From positions 17,546,001 to 17,610,000 of the forward strand of contig NC_043014.1 in assembly GCF_006345805.1 (NCBI RefSeq): a stretch of 64,000 bases of DNA. Reading direction: 5' to 3'. Below the pieces are notes generated by a model that made no database searches, was not told the origin of the DNA, and saw only the letters and a program-made list of their open reading frames with translations. Below are positions 36,590-49,955 of the stretch, one piece after another. Numbering within the stretch: position 1 is the stretch's first letter; the number at the start of each line of letters is the position of its first letter. Source of the DNA: Octopus sinensis. Its lineage: Eukaryota. Made by a program: the position numbers and the translations under genes.

Positions 36590-36954
36590 CATATATTACA
36601 AAAAGAAAATAGAAACTACACGTGGAAATGTAAGGGGAAAGTAAGAAGAAAAATAAGTGAAAATGCACATTGGAAATCAGAAAAAGTAAAGGGCTTTTTA
36701 TGAAAAGTAACGATAGATATATACAATTGGAGGAACTGAGGTAGGAATAAAAGTAATAAAATGCTAAACAGCATTTCTTCTAGTTTCAAATGCTATCAGA
36801 ATCAACTTTGCCTTTCATCCTTTTGGGGCCAATATAAGTACCAGTTGAGCAGGGGGATCAATGAAATTGACCAGACTTTTCCCACAAAATTTCATGCCTT
36901 TTCCCTATATTAGAAAGAATTATATTACATATAAATATTACCATTTGTTTTCAG

Positions 36955-37056
36955 TTAAAGCAGAAAATGGAAGAGAAATTGGGGAAAAAATTTAAAGAAT
37001 TTGAAGCTCTGCATTTTAAGCAACAGCTAGTATCTGGAATGAATTATTTTGTAAAG
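36955..37056 (+). CDS. CSTB-like: Cystatin-B/stefin-like protein, exon 2 (LKQKMEEKLGKKFKEFEALHFKQQLVSGMNYFVK)
   Basis: QxVxG motif (QLVSG), TTTTCAG acceptor, GTAA donor; 102 bp, phase 0/0, as in the known stefin gene structure. Confidence 0.92.
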
Positions 37057-37123
37057 GTAATTGTTGCTTTGTATTTTATTTATTCCATAGCTATTTACAT
37101 TTTGTTAACTTTGTTTATTCGTA

Positions 37124-37672
37124 TTGGGTTGTCCGGAAAGTTCGTGCCAATTTATAGTAGCTTACCTTTCGACTTATTTTAGAACATGGTTGAGTCCATA
37201 AAATAAGATTTGACTACACCTCCATTTAGAGCACAGTTTAAGTTATCTTTTCGTGGAAGAAAGTTTATGTTAATTTGTGTTAATTCTGTAACCCTTTAAG
37301 AAAGTTCATTTTCGGCATTTGATGCTTTGGGAACCAAACAAAAATTGCTGCAGCTTGGCTGGGATGTACTACCGCACCCTCCATAATCACCAGATATTGC
37401 TCCTTCAGATTTCCACTTATTCAAGTCTCTGCAGAATAGTCTTAATGGTAAAAATTTCAATTCCTTGGATGACGTAAAAAGATACCTTGATGAATTCTTT
37501 GCCATGAAACCACCTCAATTCAGAGAAGAGGGTATTTTCAAGTTAAAGGAAAGAGGGAGACACATCGTGCAACAAAATGTTTCATATTTGGTTGATTAAA
37601 AATGTAATGGCAAGTATTTATTGACCTTTTTCTTTCCTTTAAAAATTGGCACAAACTTTCCGGACAACCCAA
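37124..37672 (+). mobile_element. Internally deleted mariner (Tc1/mariner) transposon in cystatin intron 2
   Basis: TIRs TTGGGTTGTCCGGAAAGTTCGTGCCAATTT / AAATTGGCACAAACTTTCCGGACAACCCAA, TA TSD, transposase remnant HPP*SPDIAPSDFHLFKSLQNSL. Confidence 0.9.
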
Positions 37673-38075
37673 TAGTCTAATTTTTGCAGCCTTAACAGTC
37701 CTTTGTTCATTCATCTTACATGCATGCATGGTGATTGCTCCATCTTCACATGATTGTTTCTTTCTTGTGCTTCCTTGTTGTCAATGGAATTTTTGACTTT
37801 CCATCCATGACCTCTCAGTTGACTATTCAGTCCATCTGCAGATCTACCCCGGTTTGAGACATATGTGACAATTCACTGGGTCACTTTGTGGGATATGACC
37901 TCTGTGAACTGCTGTATGTGTTTTCAGATTTGAAATTGATTTACAAACTTTTTCACATATTACACATGGTAAACCAATTACCTGGTCTAAAAGGAAGGAC
38001 TTTGCATACTGCATTCAGCTGATCTTTTTCCGGGGGACGTCATATACACAAACACATGCACATGCACGTGTACAT

Positions 38076-38115
<40 letters not shown>

Positions 38116-38199
38116 AACTACTCTGTCTGATTTATAGAATTGTAAACTTTAATGATAAATCTTAGATATTATCTCAAATGTTTAATTTCTATTCTACAG

Positions 38200-38319
38200 A
38201 TACATGTTGGAAGCGAAGAATGTGTTCATGCAAGAATTTACCAACCATTCTCTGATGGTGTGGAATTGACGTCAATAAAAGGGAGTATGGCATGTGCTGA
38301 TGAAATAGAATATTTTTAG
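38200..38319 (+). CDS. CSTB-like: Cystatin-B/stefin-like protein, exon 3 (IHVGSEECVHARIYQPFSDGVELTSIKGSMACADEIEYF*)
   Basis: CTACAG acceptor, stefin-type C-terminus (IHVG...VH.RI...EIEYF), TAG stop, AATAAA at 38368. Spliced product 96 aa. Confidence 0.9.
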   Translation: MHVGSEECVHARIYQPFSDGVELTSIKGSMACADEIEYF

Positions 38320-38540
38320 ATGGAACGTCTTGTAAAGTAATTTTATTTCTAATAATGTAATTTTTAGAATAAAACATTGTTCTTAAATCTAACAAAAGTG
38401 TATAAAATGATTATTCCCACTGTGTGGCACCTTGGGCAAGTGTCTCCTACTATAGCCTTGAGCAGACCAAAGCCTTATGAGTGGATTTGGTAGACGGAAA
38501 CTGAAAGAAGCCCATCGTATATTTGTGTGTGTGTATATTG

Positions 38541-38951
38541 TGTATATTGACAGGGCAAGACCGCTAGGTAGTCGGCCGTATGCTAGAAATAGATCATCAA
38601 CGATCAAACTACAAAGAATGTTCTCTAGGGGAAAATTCAGCGAACACCAGAAACAAATTAGGCGGGCAAGACAGATGAAAATTTATATAAAAAACAAAAT
38701 TAATCGCATACCTCGGTTTCAACTATTAACAAACGAATTACATAATTCAAATGTCCGTAGTTTCGTCAGTACGATCGTTCAGAACAAATGTAATCTGTTT
38801 TTTATATAAATTTTCATCTGTCTTGCCCGCCTAATTTGTTTCTGGTGTTTGCTGAATTTTCCTCTAGAGAACATTCTTTGTAGTTTGATCGTTGATGATC
38901 TATTTCTAGCATACGGCCGACTACCTAGTGGTCTTGCCCTGTCAATATACA
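38541..38951. repeat. Fold-back element: 156-bp inverted arms, 99-bp spacer holding a hammerhead
   Basis: 38541-38696 is the near reverse complement of 38796-38951. Confidence 0.92.
38702..38776 (-). ncRNA. Type-I hammerhead ribozyme (predicted)
   Basis: Minus strand: GATCGTA-CTGACGA-AACTA...TAGTT-GAAA-CC-GA-GG-TA-TGCGATT; helix I 7 bp, helix II 5 bp, helix III ACC/GGT, GUA triplet. Confidence 0.78.
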
Positions 38952-39034
38952 CATGTATTAGAATTTTCTCTGATTTTTCAGATTTTTGTATGCTAGACTA
39001 CTGGTTTTAAATTAATATTAATTTATCTCACTCA

Positions 39035-39074
<40 letters not shown>

Positions 39075-39076
<2 letters not shown>

Positions 39077-39295
39077 GTGTGTGTATGTGTTTGTGTGTCT
39101 GTCTTTGTCCCCCCAACATCGCTTGACAACAGATGCTGGTGTGTTTACACCCCCGTAACTTAGCGGTTCGGCAAAAAGAGACTGAGAGAATAAGTACTAG
39201 GCTTACAAAGAATAAGTCCTGGGGTAGATTTCCTTGACTTAAGGGCTGTGCTCCAGTATGGCCACAGTCAAATGACTGCAATAAGTAAAAGAGTA
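39075..39295 (+). mobile_element. 3' half of the octopus-type SINE (5' part probably at 38417-38525)
   Basis: CATCGCTTGACAAC...GGCCACAGTCAAATGACTG. Confidence 0.7.
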
Positions 39296-39339
39296 TTAGT
39301 TGTCAATTACATTCTCATCATTACATTTTTGTGTTGCAT

Positions 39340-41125
39340 TCATCATCATCATCATCATCATCGTTTAGCGTCCGCTTTCCATGCTGGCATGGGTTGAACG
39401 ATTCAACTGGGGTCTGGGAAGCCAGAAGGCTGCACCAGGCCCAGTCTGATCTGGCAATGTTTCTACGGCTGGATGCCCTTCTTAATGCCAACCACTCCAT
39501 GAGTGTAGTGGGTGCTTTTTATGTGCCAGACGAGGCTGGCAAATCGGATGGTGCTTTTTACATTCCACGGGCACGGAGGCAGTTGGAGCGGCGCTGGCAA
39601 TGGCCACGTTCGGATGGTTCTCTTATGTGCCACCGGCACTGGTATCACAGCTATGATTTCCATTGATGTTGATCGATTTTGATTTTGATTTTGTTTTTGT
39701 TTTTCACTTGCCTCAACAGGTCTTCACAAGTAGAGTTTTGTGTCCCAAGAAGGAAAGGTTTGCATAAAGTGGACTGAGGCCACGGGTTATGGCCTCACTT
39801 GTCCTGCCGGGTCTTCTCATGCACAGCATACTTCCAAAGGTCTCGGTGTCTAGTCATTTCTTTGGTGAGATCTAAAGTTCGAAGATCATGCTTTACCAAC
39901 TCATCCCAGGTTTTCCTGGGTCTACCTCTTCCACAGGTTCCCTCAACCGCTAGGGTGTGGCACTTTTTCACACAACTATCTTCATCCATTCTCGCCACAT
40001 GACCATACCAGTGCAAATGTCTCTTGCACACCACAACTGATGCTTCTTAGGTCCAACTTTTCTCTCAAGGTACTTACACTCTGTCGAGTATGAACACTGA
40101 CATTACACATCCATCGGAGCATACTGGCTTCATTTCTTGCAAGCTTACGCATATCCTCAGCAGTCATGGCCCATGTTTCACTGCCATGTAGCATGGCTGT
40201 TTGTATACATGCATCATACAGTCTGCCTTTTTACTCTGAGCAAGAGGCCTTTTGTCCCTAGCAGAGGTAAGAGCTCTCTGAACTTTGCCCAGGCTATTCT
40301 TACTCTAGCAGTTACACTTTCAACATACCCGCCCCCGCTACTGACTTGGTCACGTAGGTAAAGGGAGCTATCAACTATTTCTAGTTTTTCTCCCTGGAAT
40401 GTGGCGGAAGTTGGTCTCTGTGCATTTTCAGTGTTTATTGCTCCTGAGCATCTGCCACATACAAAAACTATCTTCCCAGTTAGCCTTCCCTTGATGTTGC
40501 TGCACCTCTTATGTGTCCATAGCTTACACTTGGTGCATCTTATAGAGTTTCTACCTACACCTTTTCTACAGATCGGGCAGGGCCATCTACCTGAAGGCGT
40601 TTGTGACTTGTCTACCTTCCTACTTATTAGGACATTGGTTTTAGCTAGGTTGACTCTAAGGCCCTTCGATTCTAATCCTTCCTTTCACACCTGGAACTTC
40701 TCCTCCAGTTCTGATAGTGACTCAGCAATTAGAGCAAGGTCATCAGCGTAGAGGAGCTCCCAGGGGCATCCTGTCTTGAGTTCCTCCGTTATTGCCTGGA
40801 GGACTATGATAAATAGGAGGGGTCTGAGGACTGAACCTTGGTGGTACCCTACCTCTACCCGGAATTCTTCACTGTACTCGTTGCTAACCCTCACCTTACT
40901 AGCAGTGTCCCTGTACATGGCTTGCACAGCTCTCACTAACCATTCATCTATCCCTAGTTTCCTCATTGATCACCAGATAAGGGATCGGGGGACCCTGTCA
41001 AAGGCGTTCTCCATGTCAATGAAAACCAGGTACAGGGGCTTATCTTTGGCTTGATATTTCTCCTGCAGCTGTCTTACCAGGAATATGGCATCAGTGGTGC
41101 TTTTCCCTGGCACGAAACCAAACTA
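39340..41125 (-). mobile_element. 5'-truncated RTE-clade LINE (RT remnant plus 3' UTR)
   Basis: FGFVPGKSTTDAIF, HQGSVLRPLLF, LLYADDLAL, RRLHWYGHV-like and GRGRPRKTW motifs; (GAT)n tail. Confidence 0.88.
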
Positions 41126-44023
41126 CATATTTGGTTGTGTTTTAAATGATTTTATTTCTAACGATCAATTTGTGAATAGTGGTACAAAATATGGAAAGGA
41201 ATAGCTCTTAGTTCTTCCCATACAGTGGCTCTGTACATTGAGCAGCAAGACATCACCACTAATACCAGTTTTGAGCACATTTACTTGTATCTTCCCAGGC
41301 AATGCTAAGTTGTTTCAGATCTTTGAAGGTGGGTCTTCTTCTCTTCCTTCATCTCTCTGGTGGTACTCATTATGTAGCTATACAATGGGTACCACCAGGG
41401 TATTTGTTCTTCAAGCAATCAGAAATATGACCTGCATGTCTTACTTTTCTTTTCACCACAATCTTCTGCAGACTGTGCAAACTGGCCCTTCTCAGGACTT
41501 CAGAGTTTCTGATTCTGTTCCTGTTGGTGATCTTGAATGCATTCTACTTCTGAGAGACTTTGGTGGACATGCACACACTCACACATATAAACATTTAAAC
41601 AGAGAAATAAGGCTTTCACACAGTTTCTGTCTACCAAATTAGTCATCCTGGGACTATACAAGACACTTGCTCAAAGTGTTGCACAATAAGGCTGAACCCG
41701 AAACCATTTGGTTACGAAACGAACTTCAATTCTTTATTTCCCCATCCCACCCATTATTGCACTTAATGATCATACCATATGATCCAGACCAGTAATTCCC
41801 TATTATAACCGTTTTAATAAAATATTTTACAAAATTATTTGACGCTCCGATTCAATTTTCAATTGTAGGCATGGTAATTTATATTGAAACTTTTGATATA
41901 AGAGATAAAACATTAACTCCAGATCAGCCCAAATTGAAGAAACTTATGGTCAAAGACTTTCCACCCGTAACCATTCAGTCAATTCTAAACGTAAAATGTT
42001 TCCCAGACTACATTACCTGCTGATTTTCTCTCTTTTCTTATAAAATAGTCAATGGCTCGAAGCAGAAATTGTTGAAAATTTATAACTTGACGGCCAGATT
42101 CAATTGTCAGTGTACAATACAAATCGAAATCAATATTAATAAAGAGCACATCACTTCAACATAAGAATACTCTTTCCAAGTGAGCACATGTAACTTCAAA
42201 GGGAGATTTCGGAGCATATTCCACTTAAACAAAACTTAAATTGACTTAACTCTTGAACGAGTCAATAAAAATGACTTTTTTTTCTGACTCTTTTTACCAA
42301 GAATTTTTATAGGAGTATGAAATGTTTGATTTCTTTTACGTGGTAATGAGCAATTTTTTGTATTCTCCATAGCAAGTGAATTGCATATAGAATACATATA
42401 AATTGCATGTTCTGAAGCCATTGAAAAATCCATATACCCTCTCCTCGTACTTTAGAAAATAAATTCAATTTATCAAATTTACATCCAGTTCTGCATAATC
42501 CAGTAATTTTTTCGTTGTGCAAACAAGACAAAATGTAAAACGACTGTTTTTCAGTTACAAGAAATCATTAATGCAATAAGTAATTTCCTAATTTCCTAAT
42601 GATTTTCTCTTTTCTCTATTAAATTATGCGTTAATCTCACTTTGAAATTATAATTCTCACTTTGAAGTGATTGTCTTCTTGTGAAATCATCAATCTTAGT
42701 TTGAAGTGTCAAGGTCCCATGCTGAAGTCGCTTGTGCTTACAAACATTGATAAATACTGTTGTAAATACTGATTGCAATTTAGTTCCTCGGTTGTCTTTT
42801 AACCTCCTTACAAAACTATTCGACGGATTTGCTATAAAAAGTGACATTTTAAGGATCCACATAATTTATTTCGTAAAGAACCTAGTCATGCATGGATTTC
42901 ACCTGAATTTGCCTATTTAGGCATATACTGTCCATCTACCTTAGTCCCTAGGCAAATACAGGAATATTAGATACCATACAACATAAATTCTTGACTTGTT
43001 AAAATTAACACAGCCTCTAAAGGATGTATCATAATTATCAAATGGTAATTCAGTCCAACTCCACTTAAAACGGGGAGATAATCTCAAGATTCAAGAATTT
43101 CTTCCATGTTCACATCTCGCTCAGGAAAAGCCAGGTTCACTGTGTGGAGATTACAGAAGAGTCGTGGATACAGCATTCTGGTTCAGTGTTCTAATGTTCT
43201 CTAATTTTCTAATGTTCTGGTTCAGTGATTCTAATGTTTTCTTTTGTTTATTTATTTATTTGTTTTCCTTTCTACTAATGAAAGAATTCTTTGTTTCATG
43301 CTCAGCTTCAACAAAAATATCTGCTGAGACAGGCCCATTCTGATAACTTAATAATTTTTATTGGGGAACAATAATGTTTATCTATGATAGAAATTTTATT
43401 CTTTCCATTAACATTCATTTCTTGAGCAAAAATGAAAACCGAAGCAGAACACGAGGTAATGTTTTTTGGTAATGTTTTTCAGACAGTTACATCCCAAATA
43501 CAAATGCCTGGATAAGGCGCTATTTTTCCTAAAATACATTTAAGAAACATTAATAAAAAGCATCTAAGTGTCATGTGCACACACGCATGCATGCGTGCTC
43601 AAAAACACATATATGAATGTCACAATATATGGATTCAAGTAATCCGGTACTAGTCCTAAAAAAGCCCCTTAATATATCATTCTACAAAACATTGAATAAA
43701 TAGTACGATTAAAGAGAAAACGGCAAGGAGAGTATATATTTATAAATGACAGAAATAGTTTGATGTAATTTTGTTTAACAATAAGAAAATTGTAATACAA
43801 GGCAAACTGCTTCGGAAAAATGGAAATAATTTATATTATTATAAATTACATACATGCTTTTAAGAATCGAAACAAATTGTTGTGGTATTAAAACTTAGTG
43901 TGAAATAAATTTCATCACATTATTTCTGTCATTAATAACTACATATACATACACACAGGTTTATAATTATACCATATGTTACATACATATGTATGTATAT
44001 ATGTATGTATGTATGTATATATG

Positions 44024-44055
<32 letters not shown>

Positions 44056-44223
44056 TCTGACTGGACTGGTGCAGCTTTCGGGCTCCCCAGACCCCAGTTG
44101 AACCGTCCAACCCATGCTAGCATGGAAAGCGGACGTTAAATGATGATGATGATGATGATGATATATGTATATATATATTTGTTTTGCAAGATTCTTGATG
44201 TGAAATCGTGTGTTGAAACAGAT

Positions 44224-44484
44224 GTTCGATTTAGGAATGGTCATGTTGCCAGTTTAGCCAATAAAAACACACGCATTATATATTTATAGTTAGTAAGGAG
44301 AGACACACAAATAAGAAAGAAGAAAGCAAAGGACCCCTGATGAGGTCACAGAAGTGTGACGAAAGAACTCTGACCGAAATAAGATTAAGATTAATGTAAA
44401 AAATAAGGTTGAAGCAAATTAACACCAAATATATAGTGCATATGTTTTTATTGGCTAAACTGGCAACATGACCATTCCTAAATT

Positions 44485-44488
<4 letters not shown>
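44224..44488. repeat. ~60-bp inverted arms flanking a spacer with a degenerate hammerhead core
   Basis: 44224-44285 vs 44428-44488 inverted; CTGATGAG-GTCAC...GTGAC-GAAA at 44337-44364. Confidence 0.75.
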
Positions 44489-44524
<36 letters not shown>

Positions 44525-44528
<4 letters not shown>

Positions 44529-47465
44529 TTTTCATTTTCATTTCATTTCATTTGAGTTTGAGTCCATGCTCAGGCCAAGTCGAAGACTCCACCCTCAGAG
44601 TCTGGTGTGGTTGCCAGGTTGTATTCTCTGTTTAATTTTGACATGTGTAGGAGCGAGTTTGAGTCAGTTTGTGCTTGTTGTGTATATCCTGGGAGATGGG
44701 GTTCATCTCTAATGGTGCTTAAGTATCTATCCAGCTGCAATTTGAATGATTCCATACTGCATCCTGATAGATTTCTGACATGTACCGGAATGGAGTTGAA
44801 TAGTTCTGCCCCTCGAACCAACAAACTTGACTCTCGCAGGGTTTTTGCTGCCTGGCCAGCCTTTTTGTTGACTGGTGGTAGCTGGCAGCGTCTTCCGTGG
44901 CGCAGCGAGTGGTAGGTTTTGATACCAAAGTTTGGCACCTTTTGCTCTATCATTTTCCAAATGTATATAATTCGGTATCACTCAAATCTTCTTTCTATTG
45001 AGTACATCTTCAAGGTTTTGAGTCTTTGCCAATAGTCCAGGTCCCTCGTTTCTGAGAAGTATGAGGTAAAATTTCTTTGGAGCGATTCCATCTTAGATAG
45101 TTGGCCCTTTGTTGTTGGTGACCACAACTGAGAACAGTAGTCAATCCTCGGAAGTATCATACTGTTCCAGAGGGTTTTCATTGTTGAGGTATCTCTTGAT
45201 TTGAAGGTGCGCAAGATCCACCCGCTGTACTTTCTTGCAGTAAGACAGACTGAGTCAAGGTGTTCTCTGAATTTTAGGCTGGTTCCCATGTGGATGCCTA
45301 AATCTTTCACACACTGTTTTTCCATTATTTGTTGTCCTGATGGGTTTCTGTAGTTTGTTGTATTTTTCAGATCTTGATCTGTTCCGTAGCGAATTAGTTC
45401 AAACTTCTTATCATTGAACAACATGTTGTTTGTTTCCTGCCATTTATATATGGTGGTCAGGTCCTTTTGTAAGGCCTCTGTATCCACCTCGTCTTTGATT
45501 TGTCTCATAGCCCTGGTGTCATCAGCAAATGATGAGACGTTGCTGGTTGTATCTTCATCTATGTCAGAGATGAGGATGAGAAACAGGATTGGGCCGAGTA
45601 CTGTACCCTGGGGAACACTGCTGGTGACAGGTGATGGTGTTGAATGGGTTCCATTCACAGTGACTGTTTGAGTTCTATTTGTAAGGAACTCATGTATCCA
45701 TGTACCAACTTTTCCTCCTACTCCTAGCTTTCGAAGTTTGTGACCCAGGATGCCATGATCTACCTTGTCAAATGCCTTGGCAAAGTCGAGGTAAATAACA
45801 TCTGTGTTGTATCCATTCTCTAGATTTTCTAGGATTTGGTCATGGTGTGCCAGTAGTTGGGAAAGACATGATCTACCTAACCTGAATCCATGCTGGTTGC
45901 AATTCATCAGATTGTTAGATTCCAGGAACTCAACCAGTTTTCCACGAACTATTCTTTCAAAGACCTTGATAATGTGTGATGTCAGTGAGATTGGTCGGTA
46001 GTTCTTTGGTTTTGATTTGCTGTCCCCTTTATGTATTGGAGTTATGTGTACTTCTTTATATGTATTTGGTATTTTGCCATTCTCCATAGATTCCCTCCAT
46101 ATCATGTAAAGGGGTTTCAACAATTGTACCTTGCAGTTTTTAAGTATCATGGCATTGAAACCATCAGGCCCCGCAGCCGAGTGCATGGAGAGCTTGTCTA
46201 TGGCTCTTTCTATGTCTTCTAGGTTGAAATCAATGTCAGATAGGGTAGGTTTAGTATGGTTGATATCCTTGAAGAATTTTCCTGGGTCATGGATCTTCAT
46301 GGTTTTAGATGGCTCACTGAAGACACTTTCATACTGTTGACCCAACATTTCTGCCATTTCAATAGGGTTATTCACTACATCCCCATTTTGTCTCTGGAGA
46401 GGTCCTATTGTTGACTTGGTATTCGAGTATTTCTTTGCAAAACTAGAAACATTTTGTATTTTTCTTGATGTTTTCTATGGCTCTCTTTTCTGCATTGTTA
46501 CGTTCTTCATCATAGTGTTGTTTTAGATTGTCTTCTAATCTGTATATTTGGTCAAGGACTTTCTGTAATTCATGTTTTGATTTCAGCTTAGATGTTTTGT
46601 TTCTTAGTCTTGACCTTTTGCGCATCAGGATCTTTCGCTCCCGTGGTACAGGTTTTTTTGTGGATTTGGTTTTCTTAAGAGGAATATTTTTTGCACATGT
46701 TTCTTCGATCTTGTTTAAGAATTTCTTGTGTTTATCTGGCCCAGTAAGGTAGAGATCCCAGTCAATGATTTGTAACTGGTTGTTAATAGTTTCCCAATTT
46801 GCCTGGTGATAATCATACCTGAATAGCTTTGGCATGTCCTTTTGTTTAAGAGTTGTGGCATTGGGCTCATTACCAATGTGTAAATGCATTTCAATAATAT
46901 TGTGGTCTGAGAGGATTGTTGGGGTTGAGTGAAGGTCAAATAGCATGTCTTCGTTGTTGGTGAAAACCAAGTCGATCGTATTATTATTTCTTGTTGCTTC
47001 TGTCATCATTTGTTTGAGGTATAATTTCTCTGTGACTTCCAACAGTTTGGCTGCCTGTATTTGTTCAGCTTTTGTCCCCAGTTTTAGTATGTGTCCATGT
47101 TGCCAGATGATGTTAGGGAAGTTGAAGTCACCAAGGAGGATAATGTCTGGCATTGGACTCGCCATGTTTCCCAGAATTTGTTGGAGCTTTGTCAGTGGCT
47201 CAGTGAAGGATAATGTTGGGCTGTTTGGCGGTCTGTACATTATTGTTACAACTGTATTAAGTTGGATGATTTTTATGCACAGCAGGTTGCAGTAGGCATT
47301 TGATTCACTGACAAGTTCTATGCATGCATAGGTATCATGGATATACATGATAACGCCCCCATGGGATCTGCCTTGTCTATCACATCTGAAGATGTTGAAT
47401 CTATTGATTGTGATTTCGCTGTTGCAGATGTTTTCGTTGAGATGACTTTCAGTAATTCCTAAATT
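44525..47465 (-). mobile_element. CR1-group LINE ORF2 (APE endonuclease + RT), nearly intact
   Basis: GITESHL and LLGDFNFP (APE); NYRPISLT, DFAKAFD, VPQGTVLGP, FADDT (RT). One frameshift near 46445 and one TGA at 44978-44980; (TGAAA)n tail. Confidence 0.9.
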
Positions 47466-47498
47466 GAACTTCTCTCAGTATTTTATCCATATATATAA

Positions 47499-47754
47499 AT
47501 ATAGTTTTAGAGACAGAGCCACCCTCAACTCAATCAACATTGAAAGATCTACCCAACTGACCCATAAAATATTAAATATGTTACTTACTATATCTATTCA
47601 GAATCCCATACTTTCCATTTTAAAGATCTTTAAAATGGAAAGTATGGGATTCTGAATAGATATAGTAAATGTCATATTTAATATTTTATGGCTCAGTTGG
47701 GTATATCTTTCAATGTTGATTGAGTTGAGGGTGGCTCTGTCTCTAAAACTATAT
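47499..47754. repeat. 256-bp near-perfect palindrome with no spacer
   Basis: Centre AAAGATCTTT at 47622-47631; arms are reverse complements with few mismatches. Confidence 0.92.
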
Positions 47755-47775
47755 ATATATATATATATATATATG

Positions 47776-49955
47776 GAAAGAAATGCGATGAAAAAACATA
47801 GAGGATTTGTTTTACAAGACTAAAGAATATATTAGATTCATAATAGCAAAATAAGATTTTTTTTCTTCCAACTTAATAACCGGTTTCTCTATCGCGTTTC
47901 AAATTATGAGTTTTGGATGAAGAAAAGACCTAACAAAAAAGAAATAGACTGACAAAAACGACCTAACCAAAAATAAGTAGACTATTTAACAAATTTTAAA
48001 TGTAAACCCGGCCTATTCTACGGTCTACCAAAAATTCACAAGTTCTCTGGTATTTTTTTCGGACACTATGGCGCAAATCCTTCTTGCAAGGTTGAAGGGG
48101 TATTTGTTTTGATATGCTATCAAAAAATCCCCAAATACATACATACACCAGCACCAGGAGACCTAATATTACAGCCCATTATAGCCGGATCCATCCTGTG
48201 AAACACATCGGTTAAATTGCCTCATGGGCATCCTCCTGAAACCATTTCTAAACTATATCAAAAGTTATATTAGAGATAACTTAGATATGTTGAATCACCT
48301 ACCAGAAAAAGTCAAGGAAGAAACAGTCTTGGTTAGATTTGATGTGATAAACCTATACACTAACATATCCCATAACTATGGAATAGAAGCGACCCAGGAC
48401 TGGCTGGACAAATATCCAGAAGAAACACCAGGACGGATCAACAAAGATTTCATAATCGAATCAATAACAGTCATCCTTCAAAGCAATCACTTGATGTTTG
48501 ATACGTCTGTTTATCGGCAAAAACCCGGAATTGCCATGGGAACGAGGGCAGCCCCGACAACTACCAACCTAACAATGAGCTATTTAGAAATAACAATATA
48601 TCAGTAGTCATTTTCTAAATTTGGAAACCCTCTCTCCCAATATATAAAAGAAAATTGGAAAAGGTTTTTGGATAACACCAACATACAATTTACAATTGAA
48701 CACAACCAAGAGGAATTCCCATTCCTAGACATATTGGTTAAAAAAATTAACAACAAAAAATAGAAATGGACGTTTTTTTACAAAACCACAGACACTAAAC
48801 AATACCTATCTATTATTTAACTCATGCCACCCGAGACATATAAAAAAAATATCCCTTGAACCTTGCAAGCAGGATTTGAACCATAGTGTCCGAAAAAAAT
48901 AGCAGAGAACTAAGACTGCAAGAACTTAAAAATGTGCTCCAGGACAGATACTACCCAGTTTAACTCATAAATGAAGGGATTAAACGTGAAAACTCGATTA
49001 ACATAAAAATCTTAAGAAATGTCAAAAAGAAATAACATACCTACTCTGAAAACACTACCTTATGTCTCCACATACAACCCCAGAAACAAAGAAGCATTTA
49101 AGATCATTATCCAAAATCTTCCAATACTCCATAAGGACCCCAGACTGAAGGAAATTCTACGTACCCATAAAATCTTTGAAAACAGTAAACAACAAAAGAC
49201 ATTAAAGAAGATCTTCACAAATGCTAAATTATTTTCAAGAATAATGGACGCAAGAGCAAATAAGTGTGGTCGTCCTTACTGAAGGACATATCCCAATCTC
49301 TTGGCAGGATCAGAATTCCATTTTAGACAAGGACAAAAATTCAAAGTTAAATCCAACTTAACTTGCGCCTCTGAAAACTTCATTTATGTAATCAGATGCT
49401 CGGGCTGCCACAAAAAATATATAGGGTCGACATGAATGTCGATCAGACGAAGATGTACAGTCCACAGACAACAGATATCCACCCCACAATATTGCCAGAT
49501 ATATCTCAGTGAAGACATTGACAGATATGCAGAACAACTGCAACCACAATTCCTAATCGTCCCGTTATATCAATTTGCTCATTGGACCTCAACACAAGTA
49601 TGACTAAATAAAAAGGCCTCACTTATCAAAAAATATAAGCCGGAATTAAATATAAACCCATATTGAAAATGAAAGATTTATCCCAACTATTGTAAGAATC
49701 AAATGTAGACCAACATTAAAAAATCACAGATTTACCTCCCCTTTACTGAAAAATACCTTGGTTACCAATTATACCCCCTAGCAAATTAAATGTCTAATTA
49801 AGAAATTCATCCAAAACTCATAATTTGAAAAGCGATAGCAAAACCGGTTATGGTGGAAGAAAAAAGATCTTATTTTGTACAATACTGTATAATACTTTTG
49901 CTATGATTCTAACATATTCTTTAGTCTTGTAAAACAAATCTGTGTTTTTCATCAT
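47776..49955 (+). mobile_element. Degenerate Penelope-like element (RT + GIY-YIG remnants) with inverted terminal segments
   Basis: DVINLYTNI and YRQKPGIAMGTRAAP (PLE-type RT); NFIYVIRCSGC..YIG (GIY-YIG); ~47776-47910 inverted relative to ~49800-49955. Confidence 0.78.

Noticed and set aside
43100-43170. Possible exon (EKPGSLCGDYRRVVDTAF)
   Set aside because: No convincing donor site, partner exons or recognisable homology.
44337-44375. Intact hammerhead at CTGATGAG-GTCAC...GTGAC-GAAA
   Set aside because: Helix II is good but helix I cannot be paired after the candidate CUC site; kept only as a degenerate motif.
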